A stretch of DNA of 56,710 nucleotides, taken from positions 1-56,710 of the forward strand of contig CAZSTC010000003.1 of NCBI GenBank assembly GCA_964609795.1, read 5' to 3'. Position numbers and translations under genes: made by a program. Origin of the DNA: an uncultured Verrucomicrobiota bacterium (GTDB taxonomy: Bacteria; Verrucomicrobiota; Verrucomicrobiia; Limisphaerales; UBA1412). Positions 18,060 to 26,819 of the stretch are shown here, piece by piece. A model generated the notes under the pieces. That model did not search any database. It was not told the origin of the DNA and was given only the letters and a program-made list of their open reading frames with translations. Numbering within the stretch: the stretch's first letter is position 1; each line of letters begins with the position of its first letter.

Positions 18060-18464
18060 ATGCTTAAAGAGTTCAAACAGTTTCTATTGAGGGGCAATGT
18101 GATTGACTTAGCCGTTGCCGTAGTCATTGGTAGCGCGTTTGGTGCTGTAGTAAGTTCTCTGGTTTCAGACCTATTGACTCCTTTAATAGGAGTTTTTGGG
18201 AAGATTCCTGAATTTAAAGAGCTGGATTTTTCCATTAACGGCAGCAAATTTATGATAGGGCACTTCTTGAACGTGTTAATTACGTTCTTTTTTGTAGCTA
18301 GTGCCATTTTCTTTTTTGTTATTAAGCCAGTTAACATGCTTGTAAAGAGATCCACACCAGCCCCAGCCCCGAAAGAGCCCACTACTAAAAAGTGCCCTGA
18401 ATGTTTGGGGGATATTCCATTGGCTGCCAAACGGTGCATGCACTGTACGCAAATCGTTTCCTAG
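18060..18464 (+). CDS. mscL: large-conductance mechanosensitive channel with C-terminal zinc ribbon
   Basis: MLKEFKQFLLRGNVIDLAVAVVIGSAFG; C-terminal CPEC...CMHC. Confidence 0.95.
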   Translation: MLKEFKQFLLRGNVIDLAVAVVIGSAFGAVVSSLVSDLLTPLIGVFGKIPEFKELDFSINGSKFMIGHFLNVLITFFFVASAIFFFVIKPVNMLVKRSTPAPAPKEPTTKKCPECLGDIPLAAKRCMHCTQIVS

Positions 18465-18490
18465 TTAGTGGATTTGTAATTTATTAAAGC

Positions 18491-18523
18491 GACCGTCCGA
18501 ATACTGATAAGTTCCGGACGGTC
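18491..18523 (+). terminator. hairpin/terminator between mscL and mscS
   Basis: GACCGTCCG/CGGACGGTC 9-bp perfect inverted repeat with AT-rich flanks. Confidence 0.55.
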
Positions 18524-18555
18524 TTAATATATTTCAAGTTTAAATTCTTTTTATC

Positions 18556-19755
18556 ATGAATAAATTTTCCTTCAAATTTAGTATTGTTTTTTACTTTTTA
18601 CTAAGCGTGTTTTTCACTTGTCAAGCGCAGGAAGCGATCACTCCCTCTCTCGAAAAAAACACTCAAATGGTTAGTTCTTCGAAAGCATCTTTCTGGCTTG
18701 ATCAGATTCCTTGGCTCGAAGTAAAATTTCAAGGGACACCCCTTTGGCAGTATTTCGCTTTTTTAATCTTCCTGGTAATAGCATACTTTGTGACTAAGCT
18801 GTTATCTGCAATTCTTTTTTCTTCCGCCAAAAAGTGGCTTCCGTCTGCAGAAAATAATCTTGGAAAAAGAGTTCTTTCTTTAATGTGCAAACCGGCTCGG
18901 CTGATCATTTTTGTGACCTTTCTTTACATAGGGTTGGAACTATACAAATGGCCCACCTGGTTTTCCAGCATCCTTTATAAAATATTTAAATTATCCGTAG
19001 CTCTTTCCGCGACCTATGCTTTCGCAAAGTTGGTAGATATTGTTTTCTTAACATGGCACGAAAAAACTCATGCGGACAAAACTTTTTCAGAACAAGTTAT
19101 TCCGCTACTAAATAGTGCTGTAAAATACGTGGTAGTCTTTATCGGTATTCTAACGATGGCTTCCAACCTTGGCGTAGATATTACTTCTATACTAACACTG
19201 GGATCAGTCGGGGCACTTGCAGTGAGCTTGGCTGCGCAAGATCTTCTAAGCAATATTTTTGGGGGAATCGCTATCTTAATGGATAAACCTTTTGTGATAG
19301 GGGATGCTGTAAAAGTAGAAAACAGGGATGGAACCGTAGAAACGATTGGACTTCGAAGCACTCGCATCCGAACTTATGATGGTTTCCTGGTGACTATCCC
19401 TAACAAGACCATGGCAAACTCAACGATTGCAAACGTTACATGCCGTCCCACTATTAAGACTGAAATTAATGTAGGTGTCACTTACGATACAACTTCTGAA
19501 CAACTTCGTAAGGCTTTAGATATTGCCAACGATGTTTATGCCAACCATCGAAACACGCAAAGCACTGTAGTAAGCTTCAATAAGTTTGGGGATTTCGCCT
19601 TAAATATCCAGATAGTTCATTGGCACAACCCGGCGGCATGGGCTGACTACGTAAAAAGTATTGAAGAAATGAACTTGGAGTTGAAAAAGCGCTTTGACTC
19701 TGAGGGGATCGACTTCGCCTTTCCAACGCAAACAGTCTATTTAAAACAAGAGTAG
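18556..19755 (+). CDS. mscS: MscS-family mechanosensitive channel
   Basis: SLAAQDLLSNIFGG, DKPFVIGD, GTVETIGLRSTRIRT, VTIPN, GIDFAFPTQTVY. Confidence 0.92.
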   Translation: MNKFSFKFSIVFYFLLSVFFTCQAQEAITPSLEKNTQMVSSSKASFWLDQIPWLEVKFQGTPLWQYFAFLIFLVIAYFVTKLLSAILFSSAKKWLPSAENNLGKRVLSLMCKPARLIIFVTFLYIGLELYKWPTWFSSILYKIFKLSVALSATYAFAKLVDIVFLTWHEKTHADKTFSEQVIPLLNSAVKYVVVFIGILTMASNLGVDITSILTLGSVGALAVSLAAQDLLSNIFGGIAILMDKPFVIGDAVKVENRDGTVETIGLRSTRIRTYDGFLVTIPNKTMANSTIANVTCRPTIKTEINVGVTYDTTSEQLRKALDIANDVYANHRNTQSTVVSFNKFGDFALNIQIVHWHNPAAWADYVKSIEEMNLELKKRFDSEGIDFAFPTQTVYLKQE

Positions 19756-19838
19756 AGGTTTTTAAGGGAAAAAAGACGCTATCCTTGGAATACCAGTGTT
19801 ATTATCGGAGTAGACAAACTCCAAGAATAATTATGCTG

Positions 19839-19886
19839 GTATTTAGCTAAATACAGGTTGCTTTTCATAGTGTCTGGAAGTAAGCT
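19839..19886 (+). promoter_or_regulatory. 16-bp palindromic operator candidate plus promoter of DUF2961 gene
   Basis: GTATTTAGCTAAATAC (19839-19854); TTGCTT(19858)-N17-TAAGCT(19881-19886)-N6-ATG. Confidence 0.55.
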
Positions 19887-19892
19887 CCGACT

Positions 19893-21920
19893 ATGAGAAA
19901 TTGGTTTTTTTGTTCTCTACTGGCTTTAGCTTTCTTAGCTAAGGGAACATGTCTTCATGCAGACCAAGTTTTGAATTATCCCGATTTGGTCAAACGCATC
20001 ACGGATTTGGAGTATTTAGCCACCCTTCCTCAAGCGGGTGAAAAATGTCTTCAGTGGTCCAGTTATGATCGCAGGAGCAAATTGGAAAATGGCAAATACC
20101 TGGAATGGGATGCCAATGGCGACAACAACGGCCATCTTCGGATGGAGGGTGATCAGATGGTAATAGGTGAGATGGATGGCCCTGGCTGTATTTGGCGTAT
20201 CTGGTCTGCGACCCCGGAACAAGGGCACGTGAAAATATACCTGGATGGGAATTCTGTTCCGGCTGTTGATTTGCCCTTTATTGAATATTTCAATCGTACC
20301 CAAGCTCCTTTCAACTACACTGAACTCAACCACACTGTTGCCATGGGGTGGAATTGCTATATTCCAATTCCGTTCCAAAAATCCTGTAAAATCGTTGCGG
20401 ATCCAGGTTGGGGGCATTATTACCACTTCACCTATAGTGCGTTTGCCAAAGATACTGTAGTCCCCACTTTCACTCGAAATCTGGATTCAGACAGCTTGCT
20501 GGCATTGATGCAGGCAAATGATACCTTACAAAATTCAGGCGTTAGACCTTCAGAACATCAGGATGTGAGACGCGATGGAAAAATAGGCCTTAAACTGGAA
20601 CCCGGGAAGGCTCTTGAAGTCGCAAAAATTAATGGCCCCCGAGCAATCACTGCTATCCGGGCAAGAGTTAAACTTCCCGAAGATGAGGAACAAACCAGAA
20701 ATATTCTTCGCCAGTTGGTTATAAAAATCACGTGGGATAATGATGTTGTACCCTCCGTATTTGTGCCATTCGGGGACTTTTTTGGCACAGCCGCCGGAGC
20801 TAATGAATATCGTTCATTACCCTGTGGCTTATTTGATGGTGAATGGTATTCATATTGGTATATGCCGTTTGAGAAAATGGCGTTGATTGAAGTAATTAAT
20901 GAGTCCGATTCACCACAAGTTCTGTTTATGAATGTAGAACATGCAGAGCTTAAGTATCCCATTGAAAAGCTGGCTCGTTTCCATGCGAAATGGCATCGGG
21001 ATACTTTTTCCGCCCCTGAACCTGAGCGTGCCGCGATTGATTGGAGCATTCTTAATACTGAAGGAACAGGACGTTTTTGCGGGATGATGCTTCACGTCTG
21101 GAATCCGCGCGGCAGCTGGTGGGGAGAGGGTGACGAAAAATTCCATATAGACGGCGAAAAGTTTCCTTCAACATTCGGAACCGGTTCAGAAGACTATTTT
21201 GGATATGCCTGGTGCAGCCCCATTCTTTTTCATAATGGTTTGCATAACCAAACGATCAGCATGGGCAATAAAGGTCACATTTCAGTAAATCGCTGGCACA
21301 TTTCTGATAACCTCCCGTTCCAAACATCCTTCGAAGGATACATTGAAAAATATTTTCCCAATACGCGTCCCACCCTCTATGCAACGACGGTTTATTGGTA
21401 TCTGGCTCCTGGCGGCAAGGACCCGTATGCTCCAGTCCCTGTTTCAGAGAGGATAGGCTACTGGAAGCCTGTTCAGCAGTATAAAGAGCAGGGCGCAATC
21501 GAGGGAGAAAAAATGAAGGTACTCTCTTGCAGTGGGGGTACATTTGAAGTACAGGATTTGTCCATTTTTTCGGATAGCAATTGGAGTGGCGACGAACACC
21601 TTTGGTGGAAGAATCCAAAAGTTGGTGATCAGATAGCTTTAGAGTTTGCTGTTCAGGAAAAGGGGACTTATGAGCTTAGGGTTGCCATGACTCGAGCCAA
21701 GGATTACGGCATTTTCCAGCTTTCCCTGGATGGAAAAAAGATTGGAGTGCCAATAGATCTATATGGTCCGAACGTCGTCCCGACAGGTGCCCTGACCTTT
21801 AGTGAGCACCAACTTGAGCCGGGCAAACACACTTTGAGCTTCGAACTTGTTGGGAAAAACGAAAAATCTATTCCCAACCACATGCTTGGATTGGACTACA
21901 TTCTTTTAATGAGCCAGTAG
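19893..21920 (+). CDS. secreted DUF2961 (GH172-like) glycoside hydrolase with C-terminal CBM-like domain
   Basis: Signal peptide, GPGCIWRIWS, WWGEGDEKFHIDGE..TFGTGSEDYF, C-terminal beta-sandwich. Confidence 0.82.
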   Translation: MRNWFFCSLLALAFLAKGTCLHADQVLNYPDLVKRITDLEYLATLPQAGEKCLQWSSYDRRSKLENGKYLEWDANGDNNGHLRMEGDQMVIGEMDGPGCIWRIWSATPEQGHVKIYLDGNSVPAVDLPFIEYFNRTQAPFNYTELNHTVAMGWNCYIPIPFQKSCKIVADPGWGHYYHFTYSAFAKDTVVPTFTRNLDSDSLLALMQANDTLQNSGVRPSEHQDVRRDGKIGLKLEPGKALEVAKINGPRAITAIRARVKLPEDEEQTRNILRQLVIKITWDNDVVPSVFVPFGDFFGTAAGANEYRSLPCGLFDGEWYSYWYMPFEKMALIEVINESDSPQVLFMNVEHAELKYPIEKLARFHAKWHRDTFSAPEPERAAIDWSILNTEGTGRFCGMMLHVWNPRGSWWGEGDEKFHIDGEKFPSTFGTGSEDYFGYAWCSPILFHNGLHNQTISMGNKGHISVNRWHISDNLPFQTSFEGYIEKYFPNTRPTLYATTVYWYLAPGGKDPYAPVPVSERIGYWKPVQQYKEQGAIEGEKMKVLSCSGGTFEVQDLSIFSDSNWSGDEHLWWKNPKVGDQIALEFAVQEKGTYELRVAMTRAKDYGIFQLSLDGKKIGVPIDLYGPNVVPTGALTFSEHQLEPGKHTLSFELVGKNEKSIPNHMLGLDYILLMSQ

Positions 21921-21990
21921 AGTTCTTCATTCGCTGACGTTTTTTGTAGATTGCGCTAGTTATCGCACGGAAACTGAAGGAAGAGTTGAT

Positions 21991-22020
21991 TTGACGCAGC
22001 CCTATATCTTCCTTTAGAAT
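21991..22020 (+). promoter_or_regulatory. sigma70 promoter of PUR-domain gene
   Basis: TTGACG-N18-TAGAAT; -35 flanked by inverted repeat AAGGAAGA/TCTTCCTT (21977-22014). Confidence 0.55.
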
Positions 22021-22064
22021 CCATCTGTTTAAGGGTGTGTCTGGAGAAGACACTGGAGGAGAAA

Positions 22065-22382
22065 ATGGGAATTTTTTTTAAAGATAAGTCGCAGTATCCC
22101 CGCAAAAAAGGGAATCGTCCTGTTGGAGAAGGAAGGGCTTCGGGCATGGAGGAGACGCTCAGGTCAGAAAGAATAATTGTGGAGCACAAAACATTCTACT
22201 TTTTTTTGAAGCAAAACCAGCGTGGAAGGTTCTTGCGTATTACTGAAGAGTCCAACGGTAAAAGTGATACCATTATTGTCCCTTCTACAGGAATAAAGGA
22301 GGTAAAAGAGATGCTGGATTCTTTACTGCAGACGATTAGTGAAAACCCCAATCCATTGGAAAATAACTCAACTTTAGGCTAA
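22065..22382 (+). CDS. PUR-domain (PurA/BpuR-like) ssDNA/RNA-binding protein
   Basis: LRSERIIVEHKTFYFFLKQNQRGRFLRITEESNGKSDTIIVP fits a PUR repeat; ATG 22065 follows GGAGGAG (ORF track starts at GTG 22035). Confidence 0.8.
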   Translation: MGIFFKDKSQYPRKKGNRPVGEGRASGMEETLRSERIIVEHKTFYFFLKQNQRGRFLRITEESNGKSDTIIVPSTGIKEVKEMLDSLLQTISENPNPLENNSTLG

Positions 22383-22416
22383 CCTCCCTTTTAGAAATTT
22401 TACCGTTTTTTTAAAG

Positions 22417-25173
22417 ATGCAATACAGGTTTATCTTTTGTCGTAAGAATTTGAGCTATTGGATGATACACTGGAAGAAAGCTTTTTTCCAAACATTTTTC
22501 CTTTGTGCTGTTGTGTGCAGTGGAGCTTTGGCCCCAGCCGTCGAGGCAGCTGAGTTTGCAGGAGGTGACGGAACAGAAAATAATCCGTGGAAAATTAAAA
22601 CCAGGGAACATCTCTCCTCATTAACCAATTATATCGGGACTGCCGGAGTGGGTAAGTTTTTTCGGCTGGAAAACGATATTACCTTTGCGGAGGAAGACTT
22701 TGCTCCCGGAGGGGCTTTCTACAACAATGGAGCCGGGTGGGTGCCTGTTGGACATCGCCGAGTAAGCAATCGCATGTTCAGCGGCAACTTTGACGGCAGA
22801 GGATATGCTATCCGAAATCTCTTAATTCATCGTCCAGCATCCGTTGATGTCGGCTTTTTTGGTTTTACAAAAAACGCGACAATTTCCAACCTTCGAATTG
22901 AAGGAGTTTTATTGAATGGGGCCACGAACGTGGCCGCACTTGTCGGAGCTGACGAGTCTTCTCTTTTTTTTAATTGTTCTGCCAGTGGAACAGTAAATGG
23001 GATGAAGACCGTTGCTGGTTTGGTTGGCTATGCTCAAGAAGGTGTTTTCCTCCGTTGTGGGGCTCAGTGCACTGTGTCTGCAAGTTTGATTTCTACCGGA
23101 TTCACGGATATTGGCACGGCCGGAGGGATGCTTGCCTATGCCGAAAATGTATCTTTGGATGAGTGCTACGCTTTAGGGAGTTTGTCTTGCGCTACGTCGG
23201 CTCATGCAGGTCTCACTTCCGGCACTGCTTACGCGGGTGGATTAGTAGGGTACTTGCATTCCAGCACTGTCTCATCCTCAGTAGCCAAGGGAAATGTAAC
23301 ACTGAGCACCGCGGATGCTGACTTTTCAGGCGATGGATATGCGGGTGGACTCATCGGTTATATTCACATATCATCAGTAGAAGACTCCTATGCAACGGGC
23401 CATGTGTCTGCCAACACGGTTCCTCAAGGTCAAATCGTCCCGATTTCCGGTATGGGCAGAGGGTACATAGGGGGGCTGTGTGGTTTCTCTCTTTCATCTT
23501 CCGTTTCTAGGTCCTATGCCGCGGGGCCTTGTAGTGTCACAAGCGGAAATACAAGCGCCTACGCCGGAGGAATCATGGGAGCTTCCAGCTTCAGCCAAAT
23601 TAGTTCCTCTGTAGCCTTGAACAGCTCAGTTCAATCCGACTCTGATACGGTCCCCGTCCAATCCCATGCTGGACGAATTGAGGCTGTAAATGCTGCCGTT
23701 TTTTCTAACAATCTAGCTACGACAGCGCTTGTTCTTAAAGTCAATAATTCAGTTCCCCCCCCCGTAGATGATTTAAATGGTAAAGACGGAGGCTCAACAT
23801 CTCCAGAAGCGTTAAAAGCGGTTACTCCTTATGAGTCTCTAGGTTGGAATTTTGCATCTGTTTGGGATTTTGCATCAGGTGATTATCCTGTGTTGGCTTG
23901 GGAAAAAGAGCTGTTTGTAACTCAAGCTCCTAAAATTATTACTCACCCCCAAAGTCTGGATGTGATAGAGGGACAAAGGGCATTTTTTGAAGTAATAGCT
24001 ACGGGTGGGGCATTAAGCTATATCTGGACACATAATGGAAAAGTGATTCGGGATGAAACTCAGCCCAGATTGGTAATTGAAAGCGCACAAACCTCAAACC
24101 AGGGTGTTTATGTTGTTACTGTGTTCAATTCCAAAGGCAGTGTGGTGAGTTCTCCCGCTACTCTTACAATAGTAAACATTCCTTTAATTACCGAGCATCC
24201 TCAAAACACAGATTTGAATCTGGGTGATCAGCTAGATTTGAGTGTTACGGCAACGGGGACGCCGCCTCTTTATTATCAATGGTATAAAGATGGAGAACTT
24301 CTTCCGGATGCTATATCGCCACAGTTGACTGTACCCAGTGTCAAAGAGACTGATGCAGGTAGCTATACAGTTGTTGTTTCAAATGCAATCGGAAGCGTGA
24401 CCAGCAATCCAGCCAAAGTGACCTTGAAAGAAGAGCCTCCCGTTACTGAAATCTTTTTATTTAATCCCCAATTGGTCCAAGAGGGCGAAAAACTCTATTT
24501 CATATTCGAGATCAGGGGAGCGACCCTATATAACGTGGAAGGAAGCATAGACGGAATACATTGGGATGATGTGGCATACACTTTGACAGATGAAGGAAAA
24601 GTCAAAATATTAGCTTCATATCAGTATGTTTTTTATCGAGCTATTGCAGAAGGCATTCCTGTTGATATCGCTCCAGAGATTATTTCTTCGCCTCAAAATG
24701 CGGACCTGTTCGTCGGTGATAAACTTGACTTGAGCGCATTAGCAAAAGGAACACCGCCCCTTAGCTACCAATGGTACAAAGATGGAGAACCTATTCCGGG
24801 GGCCACTTCGCCTCAGCTAACCATTACTAATGTTACAGAGTTTGATGCAGGTAGTTATACTGTTGTTGTTTCCAATGCAGCCGGAAAAGCGACCAGCAAT
24901 CCTGCTACCGTCAACGTTCATGTATTGCCTCAAGACGAAGTGGTCTTGCTGGATCCGGATGTTAAATTTGTTGAAGATGAAAAATTCTTCTCTTTCTATT
25001 TAGATATCCCTGTTTGGGTCACTCAAGACATGATACATGTGTGGTGCAAAACGCCCCATAGTGATTGGGCTGAAGAAAAAAACGTACGTATTGACTCTGC
25101 TGGACATGAAGTACTTGTACCACTCCAGTCTGGTTCAGCCCTCTACAAAGTGGTTATTATTGATATACCTTAA
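22417..25173 (+). CDS. secreted GLUG-motif/beta-helix surface protein with three Ig-like domains
   Basis: FAGGDGTENNPWKI, FSGNFDGRGYAIRNL, repeated AGGLVG-type units, three I-set-like Ig repeats (YxWxxxG..YTVVVSN); start could be ATG 22462. Confidence 0.8.
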   Translation: MQYRFIFCRKNLSYWMIHWKKAFFQTFFLCAVVCSGALAPAVEAAEFAGGDGTENNPWKIKTREHLSSLTNYIGTAGVGKFFRLENDITFAEEDFAPGGAFYNNGAGWVPVGHRRVSNRMFSGNFDGRGYAIRNLLIHRPASVDVGFFGFTKNATISNLRIEGVLLNGATNVAALVGADESSLFFNCSASGTVNGMKTVAGLVGYAQEGVFLRCGAQCTVSASLISTGFTDIGTAGGMLAYAENVSLDECYALGSLSCATSAHAGLTSGTAYAGGLVGYLHSSTVSSSVAKGNVTLSTADADFSGDGYAGGLIGYIHISSVEDSYATGHVSANTVPQGQIVPISGMGRGYIGGLCGFSLSSSVSRSYAAGPCSVTSGNTSAYAGGIMGASSFSQISSSVALNSSVQSDSDTVPVQSHAGRIEAVNAAVFSNNLATTALVLKVNNSVPPPVDDLNGKDGGSTSPEALKAVTPYESLGWNFASVWDFASGDYPVLAWEKELFVTQAPKIITHPQSLDVIEGQRAFFEVIATGGALSYIWTHNGKVIRDETQPRLVIESAQTSNQGVYVVTVFNSKGSVVSSPATLTIVNIPLITEHPQNTDLNLGDQLDLSVTATGTPPLYYQWYKDGELLPDAISPQLTVPSVKETDAGSYTVVVSNAIGSVTSNPAKVTLKEEPPVTEIFLFNPQLVQEGEKLYFIFEIRGATLYNVEGSIDGIHWDDVAYTLTDEGKVKILASYQYVFYRAIAEGIPVDIAPEIISSPQNADLFVGDKLDLSALAKGTPPLSYQWYKDGEPIPGATSPQLTITNVTEFDAGSYTVVVSNAAGKATSNPATVNVHVLPQDEVVLLDPDVKFVEDEKFFSFYLDIPVWVTQDMIHVWCKTPHSDWAEEKNVRIDSAGHEVLVPLQSGSALYKVVIIDIP

Positions 25174-25224
25174 CCAAGATACCCTTCTAAATAAATGGCT
25201 TGAATTGAAACCTTCCGACTAAGC

Positions 25225-25253
25225 TTGACAAACAATAGGTGTAGGTGTATACA
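25225..25253 (+). promoter_or_regulatory. sigma70 promoter of oxidoreductase
   Basis: TTGACA-N17-TATACA with extended TG. Confidence 0.55.
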
Positions 25254-25287
25254 GACCCCTAACAGTCAGAATACTGAGTGAGTTATT

Positions 25288-26595
25288 ATGAAAAACAATA
25301 AATTGGCAGGTAAGAGCACACGTAGGGAGTTTATCAAAACCTCTGGCACTCTCGCAGTTGCTGGGGCTATGGTTTCTCAAGCTCCTTTTATCCTCACAGG
25401 AAAAGCAGAAAATGCGGGGACTCTTAAAGTTGGTTTGGTGGGAAGTGGAGGACGCGGAATAGGTGCCGCTATTCAAGCATTGAGTGCGGACCCCAATGTT
25501 GAGCTAACTGCAATTGGCGACGTATTTGAGTTCCGCGCAAAATCTGCATTAGAGCAGTTGAAGGGCAACACTAATATTGGTTCCAAAGTAAAAGTAACTC
25601 CTGACACCCTGTTTGTGGGATTAGATGCCTATAAAAAGGTGATTGACAGCGTCGATGTCGTATTATTGACCACCCCACCGGGGTTCAGACCGCCACATCT
25701 GGAATATGCTGTTGAAAAAGGGAAGCACGTTTTCTGCGAAAAACCAATGGCTGTTGATGCTACCGGATATCGCCAGGCTTTGGCTGCTGCTCACAAGGCT
25801 AAAGAGAAGAAACTATCTTTGGTTGCCGGTTTCTGCTGGCGCTATGGTACTCCGGAACGTGAAATAATGAATCGCGTTTTGGGTGGAGAAATTGGCAAGG
25901 TTACCTCTGTATACTCCACTTATAATACTGGAGCTCTCTGGTGCTATCCGCGTCAATCTGATTGGAGTGATCTTTTTTACCAGATGAGGAATTGGTATTA
26001 TTTCTCCTGGATTTCCGGTGATCATATTGTCGAGCAGGCATGTCATAGCGTAGATAAGTTAGTCTGGGCTTTGGGCGACCAGGACCCTGTCTCTGCCATA
26101 GCTCATGGCGGGCGCCAGCAGCGCGTTGAATCGAAATATGGAAATATTTTCGATCATTTTTCCGTTGTGTATGATTTCGCCGGTGGGGAGCGTGGCTTCC
26201 TTTTCTGTCGACAGATGGAAAACTGCACTGGTAGTAACGATGATTATATCATGGGCACCAAAGGATGTGCAAAAATCCAAGCTTTCGGAAATTTGGAAAT
26301 CACTGGGGAGAATCCTTGGAAATTGACCAATCGCACGGGGATAGACATGTATCAACAGGAACACAATGAACTTTTTGCCAGCATCAGAAAAGGTGAGGCG
26401 AAAAATGATGGAGACTGGATGATGCGCAGCACTCTTATGGCTATTATGGGACGTGAATCGGCCTATACTGGACGTCGCCTGAGTTGGGAAGATATAAAAA
26501 ATTCCAGTCAAAAACTGATGCCTGAAAATCTTTCTTGGGATATGGAATTACCTGAACCTCCTATTCCAATGCCCGGACGAACCGAGTTTATCTAA
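25288..26595 (+). CDS. Tat-exported Gfo/Idh/MocA family oxidoreductase
   Basis: Twin-arginine STRREFIK, Rossmann GLVGSGGRG, HVFCEKPMAVD, GDHIVEQACH. Confidence 0.92.
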   Translation: MKNNKLAGKSTRREFIKTSGTLAVAGAMVSQAPFILTGKAENAGTLKVGLVGSGGRGIGAAIQALSADPNVELTAIGDVFEFRAKSALEQLKGNTNIGSKVKVTPDTLFVGLDAYKKVIDSVDVVLLTTPPGFRPPHLEYAVEKGKHVFCEKPMAVDATGYRQALAAAHKAKEKKLSLVAGFCWRYGTPEREIMNRVLGGEIGKVTSVYSTYNTGALWCYPRQSDWSDLFYQMRNWYYFSWISGDHIVEQACHSVDKLVWALGDQDPVSAIAHGGRQQRVESKYGNIFDHFSVVYDFAGGERGFLFCRQMENCTGSNDDYIMGTKGCAKIQAFGNLEITGENPWKLTNRTGIDMYQQEHNELFASIRKGEAKNDGDWMMRSTLMAIMGRESAYTGRRLSWEDIKNSSQKLMPENLSWDMELPEPPIPMPGRTEFI

Positions 26596-26627
26596 TTGTC
26601 GTTTGAAAGAACTTAATGTTTAAGAAG

Positions 26628-26662
26628 CGAACCGAGGTGTTTTATGGCCTCGGTTTCGTTTT
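26628..26662 (+). terminator. intrinsic terminator after oxidoreductase
   Basis: AACCGAGG-N9-CCTCGGTT then TCGTTTTT. Confidence 0.7.
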
Positions 26663-26819
26663 TGTAGATAACGTGAAGAATTTTTAATATAACTTCTAAA
26701 GATTTTCTGAACGGCATAAAAGATGCTCAATCCCAGTGCTCGTGTTACATGGATTCATCGAGGCTTAAGGCGGAGTTCTGTTTAATGCCGGCAAAAATAA
26801 AAGTATTCAAGTATACCAA

